A program made the position numbers and the translations under genes. 44,555 bases of DNA. It comes from an uncultured Oscillospiraceae bacterium. Lineage in GTDB: Bacteria > Bacillota > Clostridia > Oscillospirales > Ruminococcaceae. This document shows, one piece after another, positions 15,651 through 24,427 of the stretch. Location: contig CAYJGP010000001.1 in the NCBI GenBank assembly GCA_964369435.1, positions 1-44,555 on the forward strand, in the 5' to 3' direction. The notes beneath the pieces were generated by a model, which saw nothing but the letters and a program-made list of their open reading frames with translations, made no database searches and had not been told where the DNA came from. The stretch's first letter is position 1. Every line of letters starts with the position of its first letter.

Positions 15651-17711
15651 TTACTCGGATAAATCATCTAAAACGTCACCGATATCCTCTTCTGTTGTTG
15701 GGTAGAGTTCGGGGTAGAGGTATTCGGCGGTGGTACCAAAGAAATAGTAATCAAAAATTTCACGTGCAGTTCTTGTATAGTAGTATCCGTGTCCTCCGTT
15801 TTCAATAACAATAGCAATAGCTATTTGCGGATCATCTGCTGGCGCGTATGCTATAAAGACGCCGTGTGGTGAATTCGGTGGGTTTTGGGGTGTTCCTGTT
15901 TTAGTTGCAACTTCTATAGGGTAGTTTAAAAATGAGTTTGCAGCAGTACCACCAAGCCCTGATGCATCTACCATTCCATCTTGAACTACCTGCAAAACCT
16001 CAGCACTTAATGTTGCTTCGCTTGCAACTGTCGGGGTGTGGGAGTAGACGATTTCGCCGCTAAATGTTGTTATTTTACTTACAAGAGTAGTCGTGAGTGC
16101 CACACCATCGTTTGCGAGTGCCGCTGTATATACACCAAGTTGAAGTGGGGTTACAAGAGTATCGCCTTGTCCTATTGATGCCTGAATAACATCTGCTGGA
16201 TACCAAGGATCTTTAACTTCAGGCGAGGATATTTTTCCTATTGCCTCTGGGATTTCTATTCCTGTTTCGGTTGCGAGTCCAAGCTCATTCGAGGTGGTTA
16301 CAATTTCCGATATACCAAGTCTTCTGCCCGCTTCATAAAAATAGACATTACAGGATACTTTTAGCGCATCATAAACGTTTATATTTCCATGCGTATGCAT
16401 ACAGCTCATCGTGAACGGTTGAAAATAGGTATAGACACCACTACAATTGATAGTTTCATAAGGGGTTATAACGCCTGCATCAAGCGCTGCTGCTGCGACT
16501 ATCGGCTTAAAAACACTTCCGGGTGAATATAGACCGCTGGTTGCTCTGTTTGATAGTGGAGTCAACGGATCGGTAGCATAGCTGCTGTAGTCGGAGTAGT
16601 AGTTTTGTAGGTCAAAGGTAGGGTAGCTTGCAATAGCGAGCGTTTCACCTGTTTTAACATCCAAAACAACAGCGCTTCCACCTTTGACATCGGCGCCCTC
16701 GTATTCAAGGCCCAGTGCTTTTGTATCTTCTATCCAGTATGGGAGACTTCGCTCTAAAATATCCTGTAGTTTTATATCTATGCTTAGATAAACATCATTT
16801 CCGGCAACCGCCTCTTTGGAAACGCCGGAATCTATTATAGCGCCACTGCTATTTCGCTCAAGTAACATAGTTCCATCTTCGCCACGCAGTTGAGACTCAA
16901 AAGCGCTCTCGATACCAAATTTTCCAACCGAATCATCAAGGCTATAATCTCCACTTCCGATATTTAAGGTTGTAAGCTCTTCTTTGTCATAGATAGGGCC
17001 GATAACTCCTAGAGTATGGGCGAGTAGCGAACCGTTTGGATAGCTTCGGATCGCTTCTTCAAGCACCTCAACTCCTAAGAAGTGCTCGCTTCGCTCTAAA
17101 ACTTTTACAACACAGTCCATAGAAACATCGGTTGCAACAGTATATGGAACAGCAGAGGAAAATGAAGCGTTGCTCATGCCATAGCGTACCGAGGCGAGTG
17201 ATAAGGCTTCGGTAATTGTGTAATCTTCAAGTTTATAGTATTCAACAAGAGCATCAAAGACATTTTCAGCGGTAGCATACTCTTGAAGGCCAAGAAAACT
17301 GCGAAGTGATGAAATATAGCTATCACTCTCATCGGTGAATGAGAAAACACCGCCATAATAGGTTATAAAAGGAGGATCATCTAAAGTGTCGCCACTTTCG
17401 GTTATGACCGATATAAGCTCAATTAGTATTTCATTTCGAGTTGCAGAGTTTGTTGGGAAGAAATTGTAATTGAGAGAGATGTTTATCCCCATTCGGTTAT
17501 CAACTAGAATTTCGCCATTTCTATCGAGGATATCGCCCCTTGCTGCTGGCAGGTCGGTTTCATAGACGAAACTGCGGTTTGCGGTAGCGAGATACTCCTC
17601 ACCTAAAACCACCTGAAGATAGAATAGACGCAGAGCAAAAAAGCAAAATATTATCCCAAAAAAACCGATAAATAGAAATATTCTTTTTTCTGAATTTTTA
17701 TTGTTGTTCAT
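15651..17711 (-). CDS. mrdA: Penicillin-binding protein 2 (elongation-specific transpeptidase)
   Basis: It has an N-terminal TM segment and the SVFK (SxxK), SCN (SxN) and KTGT motifs. It sits directly after mreD. Confidence 0.9.
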   Translation of the reverse strand: MNNNKNSEKRIFLFIGFFGIIFCFFALRLFYLQVVLGEEYLATANRSFVYETDLPAARGDILDRNGEILVDNRMGINISLNYNFFPTNSATRNEILIELISVITESGDTLDDPPFITYYGGVFSFTDESDSYISSLRSFLGLQEYATAENVFDALVEYYKLEDYTITEALSLASVRYGMSNASFSSAVPYTVATDVSMDCVVKVLERSEHFLGVEVLEEAIRSYPNGSLLAHTLGVIGPIYDKEELTTLNIGSGDYSLDDSVGKFGIESAFESQLRGEDGTMLLERNSSGAIIDSGVSKEAVAGNDVYLSIDIKLQDILERSLPYWIEDTKALGLEYEGADVKGGSAVVLDVKTGETLAIASYPTFDLQNYYSDYSSYATDPLTPLSNRATSGLYSPGSVFKPIVAAAALDAGVITPYETINCSGVYTYFQPFTMSCMHTHGNINVYDALKVSCNVYFYEAGRRLGISEIVTTSNELGLATETGIEIPEAIGKISSPEVKDPWYPADVIQASIGQGDTLVTPLQLGVYTAALANDGVALTTTLVSKITTFSGEIVYSHTPTVASEATLSAEVLQVVQDGMVDASGLGGTAANSFLNYPIEVATKTGTPQNPPNSPHGVFIAYAPADDPQIAIAIVIENGGHGYYYTRTAREIFDYYFFGTTAEYLYPELYPTTEEDIGDVLDDLSE

Positions 17712-17714
17712 AAC

Positions 17715-18224
17715 TTAAATCTCTTTAAATAGTCGGTTTATGTTTACGATAAGTGGGTAAAAAAGTGCGCCTATCGCAACTGTGTATATAGCGGTTGGAA
17801 GGGTATAGCGCAAAAAATAGGGGAATAATCCTTGGTGTCCCCAAAGAAGGAGTTCAAACAAAAAGCCGCCGAAACAAAAAAGCGATACAACTCCAATAAG
17901 GGTTAGAAAATAGTTTACAGCGCTGTTTCTAATGAAGAAGATATATAGATAAGATATCGCAACTCCTACAAAAAAGAGGAATATGGCAGCGGTACTAAAG
18001 GTACTAGAGAGGGAGAGTGAGTCCCAAACAAAACCTGAAAAAACAGCGAAAAAGGCATTCTTTACAGGGGTTTCAAATGTGAATACTGCAACGATAAGCG
18101 GAAGTTGGATAATCGGTTTCACATCGAAAATGCTTAAAAACTGCGGTAGGTTACCTATAATAATAGTGAAAACTGTAACTGTGCAGATAACGGTCCAGCG
18201 AAGTAGCTCTTTTTTGTTGTTCAT
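17715..18224 (-). CDS. mreD: Rod shape-determining protein MreD
   Basis: It is a 169-aa polytopic membrane protein whose start overlaps the mreC stop by 4 nt. Confidence 0.8.
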   Translation of the reverse strand: MNNKKELLRWTVICTVTVFTIIIGNLPQFLSIFDVKPIIQLPLIVAVFTFETPVKNAFFAVFSGFVWDSLSLSSTFSTAAIFLFFVGVAISYLYIFFIRNSAVNYFLTLIGVVSLFCFGGFLFELLLWGHQGLFPYFLRYTLPTAIYTVAIGALFYPLIVNINRLFKEI

Positions 18225-19060
18225 AGTGTATCAGTCCCGTGTGAGGTTATTATGAAAACCTCTTTTACAACCCTTGGGTCTACCGCTGGTTCGACGACAG
18301 CAGTGTTTGATATGCCATCAACCTCGCTTGTCACTGAAACGACAGTTCCAATAACAAGGTCACTTGGAAAAACTCCGCCGACTTGTGTTGATAAAAGAAG
18401 ATCTCCCTCTTTTATCTCGCTTTGTGGAGTTATATATGAAAGCTTGGTCTGTCCGTTTAGATAAAGAGCCGCATCGCCGCTTATTATCCCTGTTTCGCTA
18501 GTCTCCATGCAGACAGCGCCCATATTAAAGGATATATCAAGGATTGTCATAACCTTTGCAGTATGACTTGAAACTTCGGTAATTATACCTACAACCCCCT
18601 CGCTCGTTATAACAGGATCGCCCTTTTCAATATCATTTACCGCTCCTTTATCTATAGAAAAGGCACCAAAGCTATCAGCGGGATCACGCCCTATAACAAA
18701 GGCAGGGGTGAGGGCTAAATCTGGATTTGTCTCGACAATGCCCAGCATCTCTTCATACATCTCATTCTGTCGTCTTGTGTTTTCAAGCTCAATAAGCTCA
18801 TTTTCAAGACGGTTATTCTCTTCAATTAAGTAATCGTTCTCTTCCGCTATCTGCCCTGCGTTTATAAAACTATCGAAAAAGGATGAAACAGAGTTTGAAA
18901 TACCACTAAAAAAACTCTGAACAGGAGATAGTACTGAATTGATTCCCTGTGAGAGTATAGGGGTGTAATTTTCATTGGAGCTTGCAAAAATAACCACTCC
19001 TAAAAGAAGAGTAGCTGTAATAGTGAGTATTACAATTGTAGGTTTTAAAAAACCTTTCAT
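18221..19060 (-). CDS. mreC: Rod shape-determining protein MreC
   Basis: It has an N-terminal TM segment, a coiled coil (ENDYLIEENNRLENELIELEN), then a beta-rich domain with GDPVITSEGVVG. Confidence 0.9.
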   Translation of the reverse strand: MKGFLKPTIVILTITATLLLGVVIFASSNENYTPILSQGINSVLSPVQSFFSGISNSVSSFFDSFINAGQIAEENDYLIEENNRLENELIELENTRRQNEMYEEMLGIVETNPDLALTPAFVIGRDPADSFGAFSIDKGAVNDIEKGDPVITSEGVVGIITEVSSHTAKVMTILDISFNMGAVCMETSETGIISGDAALYLNGQTKLSYITPQSEIKEGDLLLSTQVGGVFPSDLVIGTVVSVTSEVDGISNTAVVEPAVDPRVVKEVFIITSHGTDTL

Positions 19061-19087
19061 AAAGTCACCAAACCTTTAAAAAAATAA

Positions 19088-19150
19088 AAGGGTCAAAAAC
19101 TACATCGAACTAAAAAATCAGTCGATGTAGGCATCGACCCCTACATTTTC
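19088..19150 (-). promoter_or_regulatory. mreB-mreC intercistronic element with mutually exclusive terminator-like hairpins
   Basis: On the minus strand GTCGATG-CCTA-CATCGAC is followed by TGATTTTTT. This competes with CTACATCGA-N13-TCGATGTAG followed by TTTTTG. An outer GGGTC/GACCC pairing is also possible. Confidence 0.45.
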
Positions 19151-19183
19151 TACTTATATTGTTATTGCGTAAAAATCTGCTTG

Positions 19184-20200
19184 CTATTTATTTTCTGAAA
19201 TGATATCGCTTAGCATATGAATGTTTTCAACTATATTACCAGCGCCCTCTGCTACACAATCGAGTGGATTCCCAGCTATTTTAACAGGTATACCTGTTTC
19301 TGAGGTTATGCGAAGGTCTATTCCTCGAAGAAGTGCGCCGCCGCCTGTAAGCATTATGCCGTGATCAATTATATCGGCTGCAAGCTCTGGAGGGGTGCTC
19401 TCAAGGGTTGACTTAATAGCGTTCATAATCTCTTCTAGTGGATCTGCAAGCGCTGCTCTTATCTCTTCCTCAGTAACTGTTATGTTTTTTGGAAGTCCGT
19501 CAACTAAGTTTCTCCCTTTAACGTCTACCTCTAAATTCTCACCGATATCATAAGCGCTACCGATCTTCATCTTTATCATCTCAGCGGTTCTCTCACCGAT
19601 TAGAAGATTATATTTTTTCTTTATATACGAGATAATCGATTCATCGAATTTATCGCCGCCTGTTCTCTGTGACATATGAGTTACGATACCGCCAAGTGAA
19701 ATAACCGCAACTTCAGCAGTACCACCGCCGATATCAACAACCATACTTCCAGTAGCTTCGCTTATAGGAAGGCCTGCACCTATAGCTGCCGCCATCGGCT
19801 CGTCCACTATATAAACCTGTCTTGCACCAGCATTGTGTGCAGCTTCTTTAACAGCGTTTCTCTCAACAGCTGTAACTCCACTTGGAACACAGATTACAAC
19901 ACGAGGTCTTACAAAAAAGCTCTGTGAAAACACCTTTTTAAAGAAGATTCGAAGCATTGATGCTGTTACATCGAAGTCTGCGATAACGCCGTCCTTAAGT
20001 GGTCTTATAGCGACTATTGATCCGGGTGTACGTCCGATAACATCTTTAGCTTCCTGACCTACGAATTTCACCTCATCTGTTCTGGTATCAACAGCAACAA
20101 CAGAAGGCTCTCTCATTATAATACCTTTGCCTTTCGCAAAAACAAGGGTATTTGCAGTGCCGAGATCGACACCGATATCTTTTGTAAACAATGATGACAT
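19184..20200 (-). CDS. mreB: Actin-like rod shape protein MreB
   Basis: Recognised motifs are DIGVDLGTANTLV, DEPMAAAIGAG and VVDIGGGT. ATG at 20200 lies 9 nt after GGGAGAG. The TTG start at 20218 is less likely. Confidence 0.93.
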   Translation of the reverse strand: MSSLFTKDIGVDLGTANTLVFAKGKGIIMREPSVVAVDTRTDEVKFVGQEAKDVIGRTPGSIVAIRPLKDGVIADFDVTASMLRIFFKKVFSQSFFVRPRVVICVPSGVTAVERNAVKEAAHNAGARQVYIVDEPMAAAIGAGLPISEATGSMVVDIGGGTAEVAVISLGGIVTHMSQRTGGDKFDESIISYIKKKYNLLIGERTAEMIKMKIGSAYDIGENLEVDVKGRNLVDGLPKNITVTEEEIRAALADPLEEIMNAIKSTLESTPPELAADIIDHGIMLTGGGALLRGIDLRITSETGIPVKIAGNPLDCVAEGAGNIVENIHMLSDIISENK

Positions 20201-20305
20201 AGTTTTGTTCTCTCCCAAAAATTACATATTTAGTTTATTATAACCTATTTTTTATCTATCTACAACCTATTTATCAAATATTAATAAATATAATCGACCT
20301 TCTAG

Positions 20306-20632
20306 CTATTCATCAATCTTTATAACAATGCTCATCACAGCAACGCCTAGAATAAAAGTGATGATACCACCGAGAAGAAGAGAAGATAGTAAAAGGATAA
20401 TGTTGTATATAGCAATGAAAATTATCAGATGAAAAGAGAGCTTTTTTTGCCCTCGTTTAATATTCATATTATAGATGAGTAAAGCGGCGGCAACAAGCGA
20501 GCCGAGCAGAAAAACTATTTTTAAAAGGTCTATTAGACCGCTTTCAAATGTGTAGAAAAAGAGTGCTGCAACACAGATATAAATAAGGTTTACAGCATCT
20601 TTGCGCCGTAGCTTTAAAGTTAATTTATTCAT
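20306..20632 (-). CDS. Small hypothetical membrane protein (108 aa, about 3 TM segments)
   Basis: This is a hydrophobic ORF in the position where radC sits in Bacillus. I recognised no motif. Confidence 0.5.
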   Translation of the reverse strand: MNKLTLKLRRKDAVNLIYICVAALFFYTFESGLIDLLKIVFLLGSLVAAALLIYNMNIKRGQKKLSFHLIIFIAIYNIILLLSSLLLGGIITFILGVAVMSIVIKIDE

Positions 20633-20655
20633 AATAAAATCCTTCTTCGAGAAAC

Positions 20656-21252
20656 TTATAACACTTTAGTGAAAAGCTCGTTGTTGCCGTCTTTGCGGCT
20701 TAATGTTAAAAGCTCTTTAATGAGTCGGCTGATAGGCAGCCCTTTAACTGTTGCGAAACTACCCTCAATCTTCTTTACAAAAAGCGATGCTTCTTCATCT
20801 ATAGCATAAGCGCCCGCCTTATCGAGATAGTTTGCATTTTCAATATATCTATCAATCGTCGGCTTTGACAGTTTATAGAAGGTAACCGATGAAGAGTCAC
20901 AAAAGCTGCGCCGAATACCTTTATAGATAATGCAAACACCGGTATAAACCTTATGAGTTTTACCATTTAAAGAGGATATCATATTATAGGCATCTGATTT
21001 ATCGCGCGGTTTTTCGAGGATTTTGTCATCGTGGACAACGATAGTATCTGCCGCTATAACAAAATCATTGGGATACTGTTTTGCAACCTCTTTTGCCTTT
21101 CTCATCGAAAGTGAAGAGACGACGATTTTTGGTGGGGTGTTCTCCTCATAATGCTCGGAGGCATTGGAAGGGCAGACGATTATATCAAATCCACAAGCGC
21201 GCAATAGCTCTTCTCTTCGCGGGGAGGCGGAGGCTAGAACGACTCTGTTCAT
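20656..21252 (-). CDS. maf: Maf-like nucleoside triphosphate pyrophosphatase
   Basis: The N-terminus VVLASASPRREELL and DKAGAYAI match Maf. Confidence 0.9.
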   Translation of the reverse strand: MNRVVLASASPRREELLRACGFDIIVCPSNASEHYEENTPPKIVVSSLSMRKAKEVAKQYPNDFVIAADTIVVHDDKILEKPRDKSDAYNMISSLNGKTHKVYTGVCIIYKGIRRSFCDSSSVTFYKLSKPTIDRYIENANYLDKAGAYAIDEEASLFVKKIEGSFATVKGLPISRLIKELLTLSRKDGNNELFTKVL

Positions 21253-21518
21253 ATACGGCTCCTCGAGAGATACTTAATATAGATAAAGAGTGCTATTGAG
21301 ATAGTTATAACCTGCGCTACATTTATTCCTATTGAAACTCCAAAAGTAAGAACTAATACCGACAAATCAAGAACTAATGGTGCGCCAGGGGATATGCCGA
21401 CAGCTGTGCCGAAAGATAGCCAAGCAAGCTGCGGAATGCCATCTGTCAAATCGGCGATAAGAGCCCCTAAAATAACTGCGGACAGTATACAAAATAATAA
21501 AAGTATAGATTTTTTCAT
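21249..21518 (-). CDS. DUF4321-like small membrane protein (89 aa)
   Basis: MKKSILLLF...GISPGAPLVLDLSVLVLTFGVSIGINVAQ fits the DUF4321 pattern, and it occupies the usual position upstream of maf. The start is chosen at Met17 to avoid overlap with dut. Confidence 0.6.
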   Translation of the reverse strand: MKKSILLLFCILSAVILGALIADLTDGIPQLAWLSFGTAVGISPGAPLVLDLSVLVLTFGVSIGINVAQVITISIALFIYIKYLSRSRI

Positions 21519-21519
21519 A

Positions 21520-21951
21520 CTACTTGCCGGTGGAACCAAAGCCACCTTCTCCTCTCTTTGTATCATCTATTTCGCTAAAAACAGGGTTTGTTTTTATATA
21601 TGGCGTGACAACAAGTTGTGCTACCCTATCCCCTTGTTTTACTGTGTAATCGTCAGGGGAGCTGTTATAAATACCAACGACTATCTCGCCTCGAAAATCG
21701 CTATCAATAACACCGACGCTATTAACAAGGCAAAGACCATATTTAAAAGCCATACCACTGCGAATATAGATAAGTCCTGCAGTGTGCTCAGGCAAGCTGA
21801 TGGCTATACCTATAGGTATTGTAGCGGTTGATTTTGACTTTATCGTGATATCTTGCGCTATCGCCGCATAAAGGTCAAGCCCTGCGCTATCCTCCGTTCC
21901 TCTTGTTGGGAGGGTTGCAAGGTTGGATAGTTTTTTTATCTGCAAATCCAT
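21520..21951 (-). CDS. dut: dUTP diphosphatase
   Basis: Recognised motifs are SAGLDLYA, GVIDSDFRGEI and GEGGFGSTG. ATG follows AAGAGGTGA. Confidence 0.93.
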   Translation of the reverse strand: MDLQIKKLSNLATLPTRGTEDSAGLDLYAAIAQDITIKSKSTATIPIGIAISLPEHTAGLIYIRSGMAFKYGLCLVNSVGVIDSDFRGEIVVGIYNSSPDDYTVKQGDRVAQLVVTPYIKTNPVFSEIDDTKRGEGGFGSTGK

Positions 21952-21956
21952 ATTTA

Positions 21957-23891
21957 TCACCTCTTAAAATGAAATGCACGGGTAAATGGTTTTTTATACT
22001 CACCACCCAAGTCGAAAAGATGCAAAACCTCTTCTATAGAAGAGATATCCTCATCGGTAAATCGCAAGGTATAGAAATCGACAAACCCAAGTGAATCTTT
22101 TTTATCAAAAAGATATATGGGTCGCGAATTATATATAGTTGATATATCGTTATTTTGAGATACCAAAAACCTCTCGCCGGTACCGTCGATAAGATAGTCT
22201 TTGTCTTGCTTTGTTTTCGGTGGAATTCGACTCTTCATAACCGGTATTTTTCCGTATGCACAGATACCAAGCGTAATCTCTTCGGGGAAAAGCGCTGCTT
22301 CATTTGCGCTACATTCAGGTGAGATAACGACCGAGGGTACTTTGAGTTGCAAGAGGGTTTTTGCAGCTTCTGCATTTGTTATGTTTACCGAAAAGTCGGC
22401 TATTGGGTTTCTCTCGCTAGAAACAGCCGCCGCAATACCATCAAACCCTTCGCAGAGCGGTGTGTCGCCTATTATTTCACGATGCTTACCAAAGTTCATT
22501 CGAAGTATGCTGTTTGACTTTTCAAGGTAGCGACTGTGCAGTTTTTTAATCTCATCTGTCGGTAAAAATATCTTGTCAAACCAAGAATATATTTTATCGT
22601 TAATCTGGCTTGCGGTTAGAAAGACGCCATATAAAGATTGGGGTCGAACTGTGCGCTTTGTATAATTAAAAGTCGGCATACTACAGTCGATTGCTTTGGG
22701 TAGTAGCTGCAAAGCTATCTTTTCAACCCCTTCGCGCCTGATAGCGTTTATCGCAGACTTTCTGAGAAAAAGATTCTCCTCGATTTTTGCCTCAAATGAA
22801 CATAGGGAAAAAGGACTATCGCCAAGCTTTGAAAAAGAAGAGCGAAGCGACGTTTCATCGAGAGGGACACTTTTAGCAATAGAAGGTCTCTCGCCTTCTA
22901 GTGAGACCTCTATTTCACCGCAGCTGAAAATAGCGGAAAATCGCTCTTTGCTAATTTCCGCTTTTATACCGAGAGGTATCCTTTTCATTTCGGGCATTTT
23001 GAAGCTTTCAACTGCTTTGTTTGACAGCAAAACATCTTCTTTGCTTCGTATTCCATACATAGCGCTGTCTCGTTTCCCCATTAGAAAACCGTCGGTATGG
23101 TTGCCTCGTCTGAAAATATCAGAGAGGGCAGAGGTCATGTTGCCAATCTTAACAGCTTCAACCGCCGCCGCAACATACTCTGCACGTTTTAGTCGGCCTT
23201 CTATTTTGAAACTTCGAACAGAAGCGTTTACAAGCTTGTCTTTATGGTCGATAAACGATAAATCCGATAGAGATAGAGGGTAGTCGCCTGAAAATGGCTG
23301 TCTGCACGGTTGTGCACAGGCGCCTCTATTTGCCGAACGACCACCGCAGAATGCTGAGAGAAAGCACTGCCCAGAGATACAGTAACAATGGGCTCCATGG
23401 ATAAAACCCTCGGTCTCTGCATAAACTTCATCTGTGTAGTTTACAACTTCATCAATTGTAAGCTCGCGCGGCAGAACATACCTTGAAAATCCAAGTGGTT
23501 TTAGAAAGTTTGCAGCAGTGGCTGTTGTGAGTGAAGTTTGAGTTGAGGCGTGCAGAGAAACTTCTGCTGAGAGCTCTCTTAAAATCCGAGCAAGACCAAT
23601 ATCTTGCACAATAAAATTGCAAACGCCGCATGATAGTGCGAATTTTGCAATTTCAACTGCTTTTATTAGTTCTTTTTTGGAAACAATTACCGTGTTTAAC
23701 GCGATGTAGATGAGGGTGCCTCGAGTGTATGCATAAGCTACCGCTTCTTTAAAATTCGAAAAGTCGAAATTTTTGGCGGATTTGCGAGCAGAAAACTCGG
23801 TAAATCCGAGATAAACTGCATCGGCACCTGCATCAACTGCGGCACGAAGACTCTCAAAACTACCTGCTGGAGCTAGAATTTCGCCGCTCAT
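21957..23891 (-). CDS. Peptidase U32 family protein (collagenase-like / RlhA-TrhP-type)
   Basis: The N-terminus ILAPAGSFESLRAAVDAGADAVYLG is U32-like and conserved Cys-rich segments follow. The ATG overlaps the zapA stop (TGATG). Confidence 0.85.
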   Translation of the reverse strand: MSGEILAPAGSFESLRAAVDAGADAVYLGFTEFSARKSAKNFDFSNFKEAVAYAYTRGTLIYIALNTVIVSKKELIKAVEIAKFALSCGVCNFIVQDIGLARILRELSAEVSLHASTQTSLTTATAANFLKPLGFSRYVLPRELTIDEVVNYTDEVYAETEGFIHGAHCYCISGQCFLSAFCGGRSANRGACAQPCRQPFSGDYPLSLSDLSFIDHKDKLVNASVRSFKIEGRLKRAEYVAAAVEAVKIGNMTSALSDIFRRGNHTDGFLMGKRDSAMYGIRSKEDVLLSNKAVESFKMPEMKRIPLGIKAEISKERFSAIFSCGEIEVSLEGERPSIAKSVPLDETSLRSSFSKLGDSPFSLCSFEAKIEENLFLRKSAINAIRREGVEKIALQLLPKAIDCSMPTFNYTKRTVRPQSLYGVFLTASQINDKIYSWFDKIFLPTDEIKKLHSRYLEKSNSILRMNFGKHREIIGDTPLCEGFDGIAAAVSSERNPIADFSVNITNAEAAKTLLQLKVPSVVISPECSANEAALFPEEITLGICAYGKIPVMKSRIPPKTKQDKDYLIDGTGERFLVSQNNDISTIYNSRPIYLFDKKDSLGFVDFYTLRFTDEDISSIEEVLHLFDLGGEYKKPFTRAFHFKR

Positions 23892-24262
23892 CAACCGTTT
23901 ATAACAGCTTCTTTTTCAGCTATAATCGTGCGTAAATCTTTTATATCGCGGCGAAGCTTGTCTATCTCGCGCTTTGCTTCCTCAACTTCAATACGTGCTT
24001 TAGCGCTATCTTCAAGATAGTCTTTTATCTGGCTACGTAGATTATCCGATGCTCTGTTTGATTTATAAGCATCGTTTGCATAATCAAGTGCTGAGAGAAT
24101 AGCAGCACCGGATAGATTTATTCTGGGGTTTTTCTCAAGAAGCTTTGAAATTTTATCGTCTAGTTTTGCGGCAAGTTCGGTTATATGCTCCTCTCGCTCG
24201 TCTCCAACGATATTATAATCGCTGCCTTGTATTTTTATTTTTACTCTTGTTAAACTGTCCAT
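23891..24262 (-). CDS. zapA: Cell division protein ZapA
   Basis: VKIKIQGSDYNIVGDEREEHITELAAKLD is followed by a coiled-coil tail. ATG follows AAGGAGAG. Confidence 0.85.
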   Translation of the reverse strand: MDSLTRVKIKIQGSDYNIVGDEREEHITELAAKLDDKISKLLEKNPRINLSGAAILSALDYANDAYKSNRASDNLRSQIKDYLEDSAKARIEVEEAKREIDKLRRDIKDLRTIIAEKEAVING

Positions 24263-24427
24263 TTTACTCTCCTTGTAAAAATTATATTTATATTTTATCA
24301 CACAAAACAGTCTAAATAAAGTTTTTTTTGCTTAAATCCTACTAATTTTACTTTATTTTTCAAAAGTTATAGATTATAATTAGATCATTAGGTAAACAAC
24401 AGAGATTAGATATAGCGGAGGTGGACT

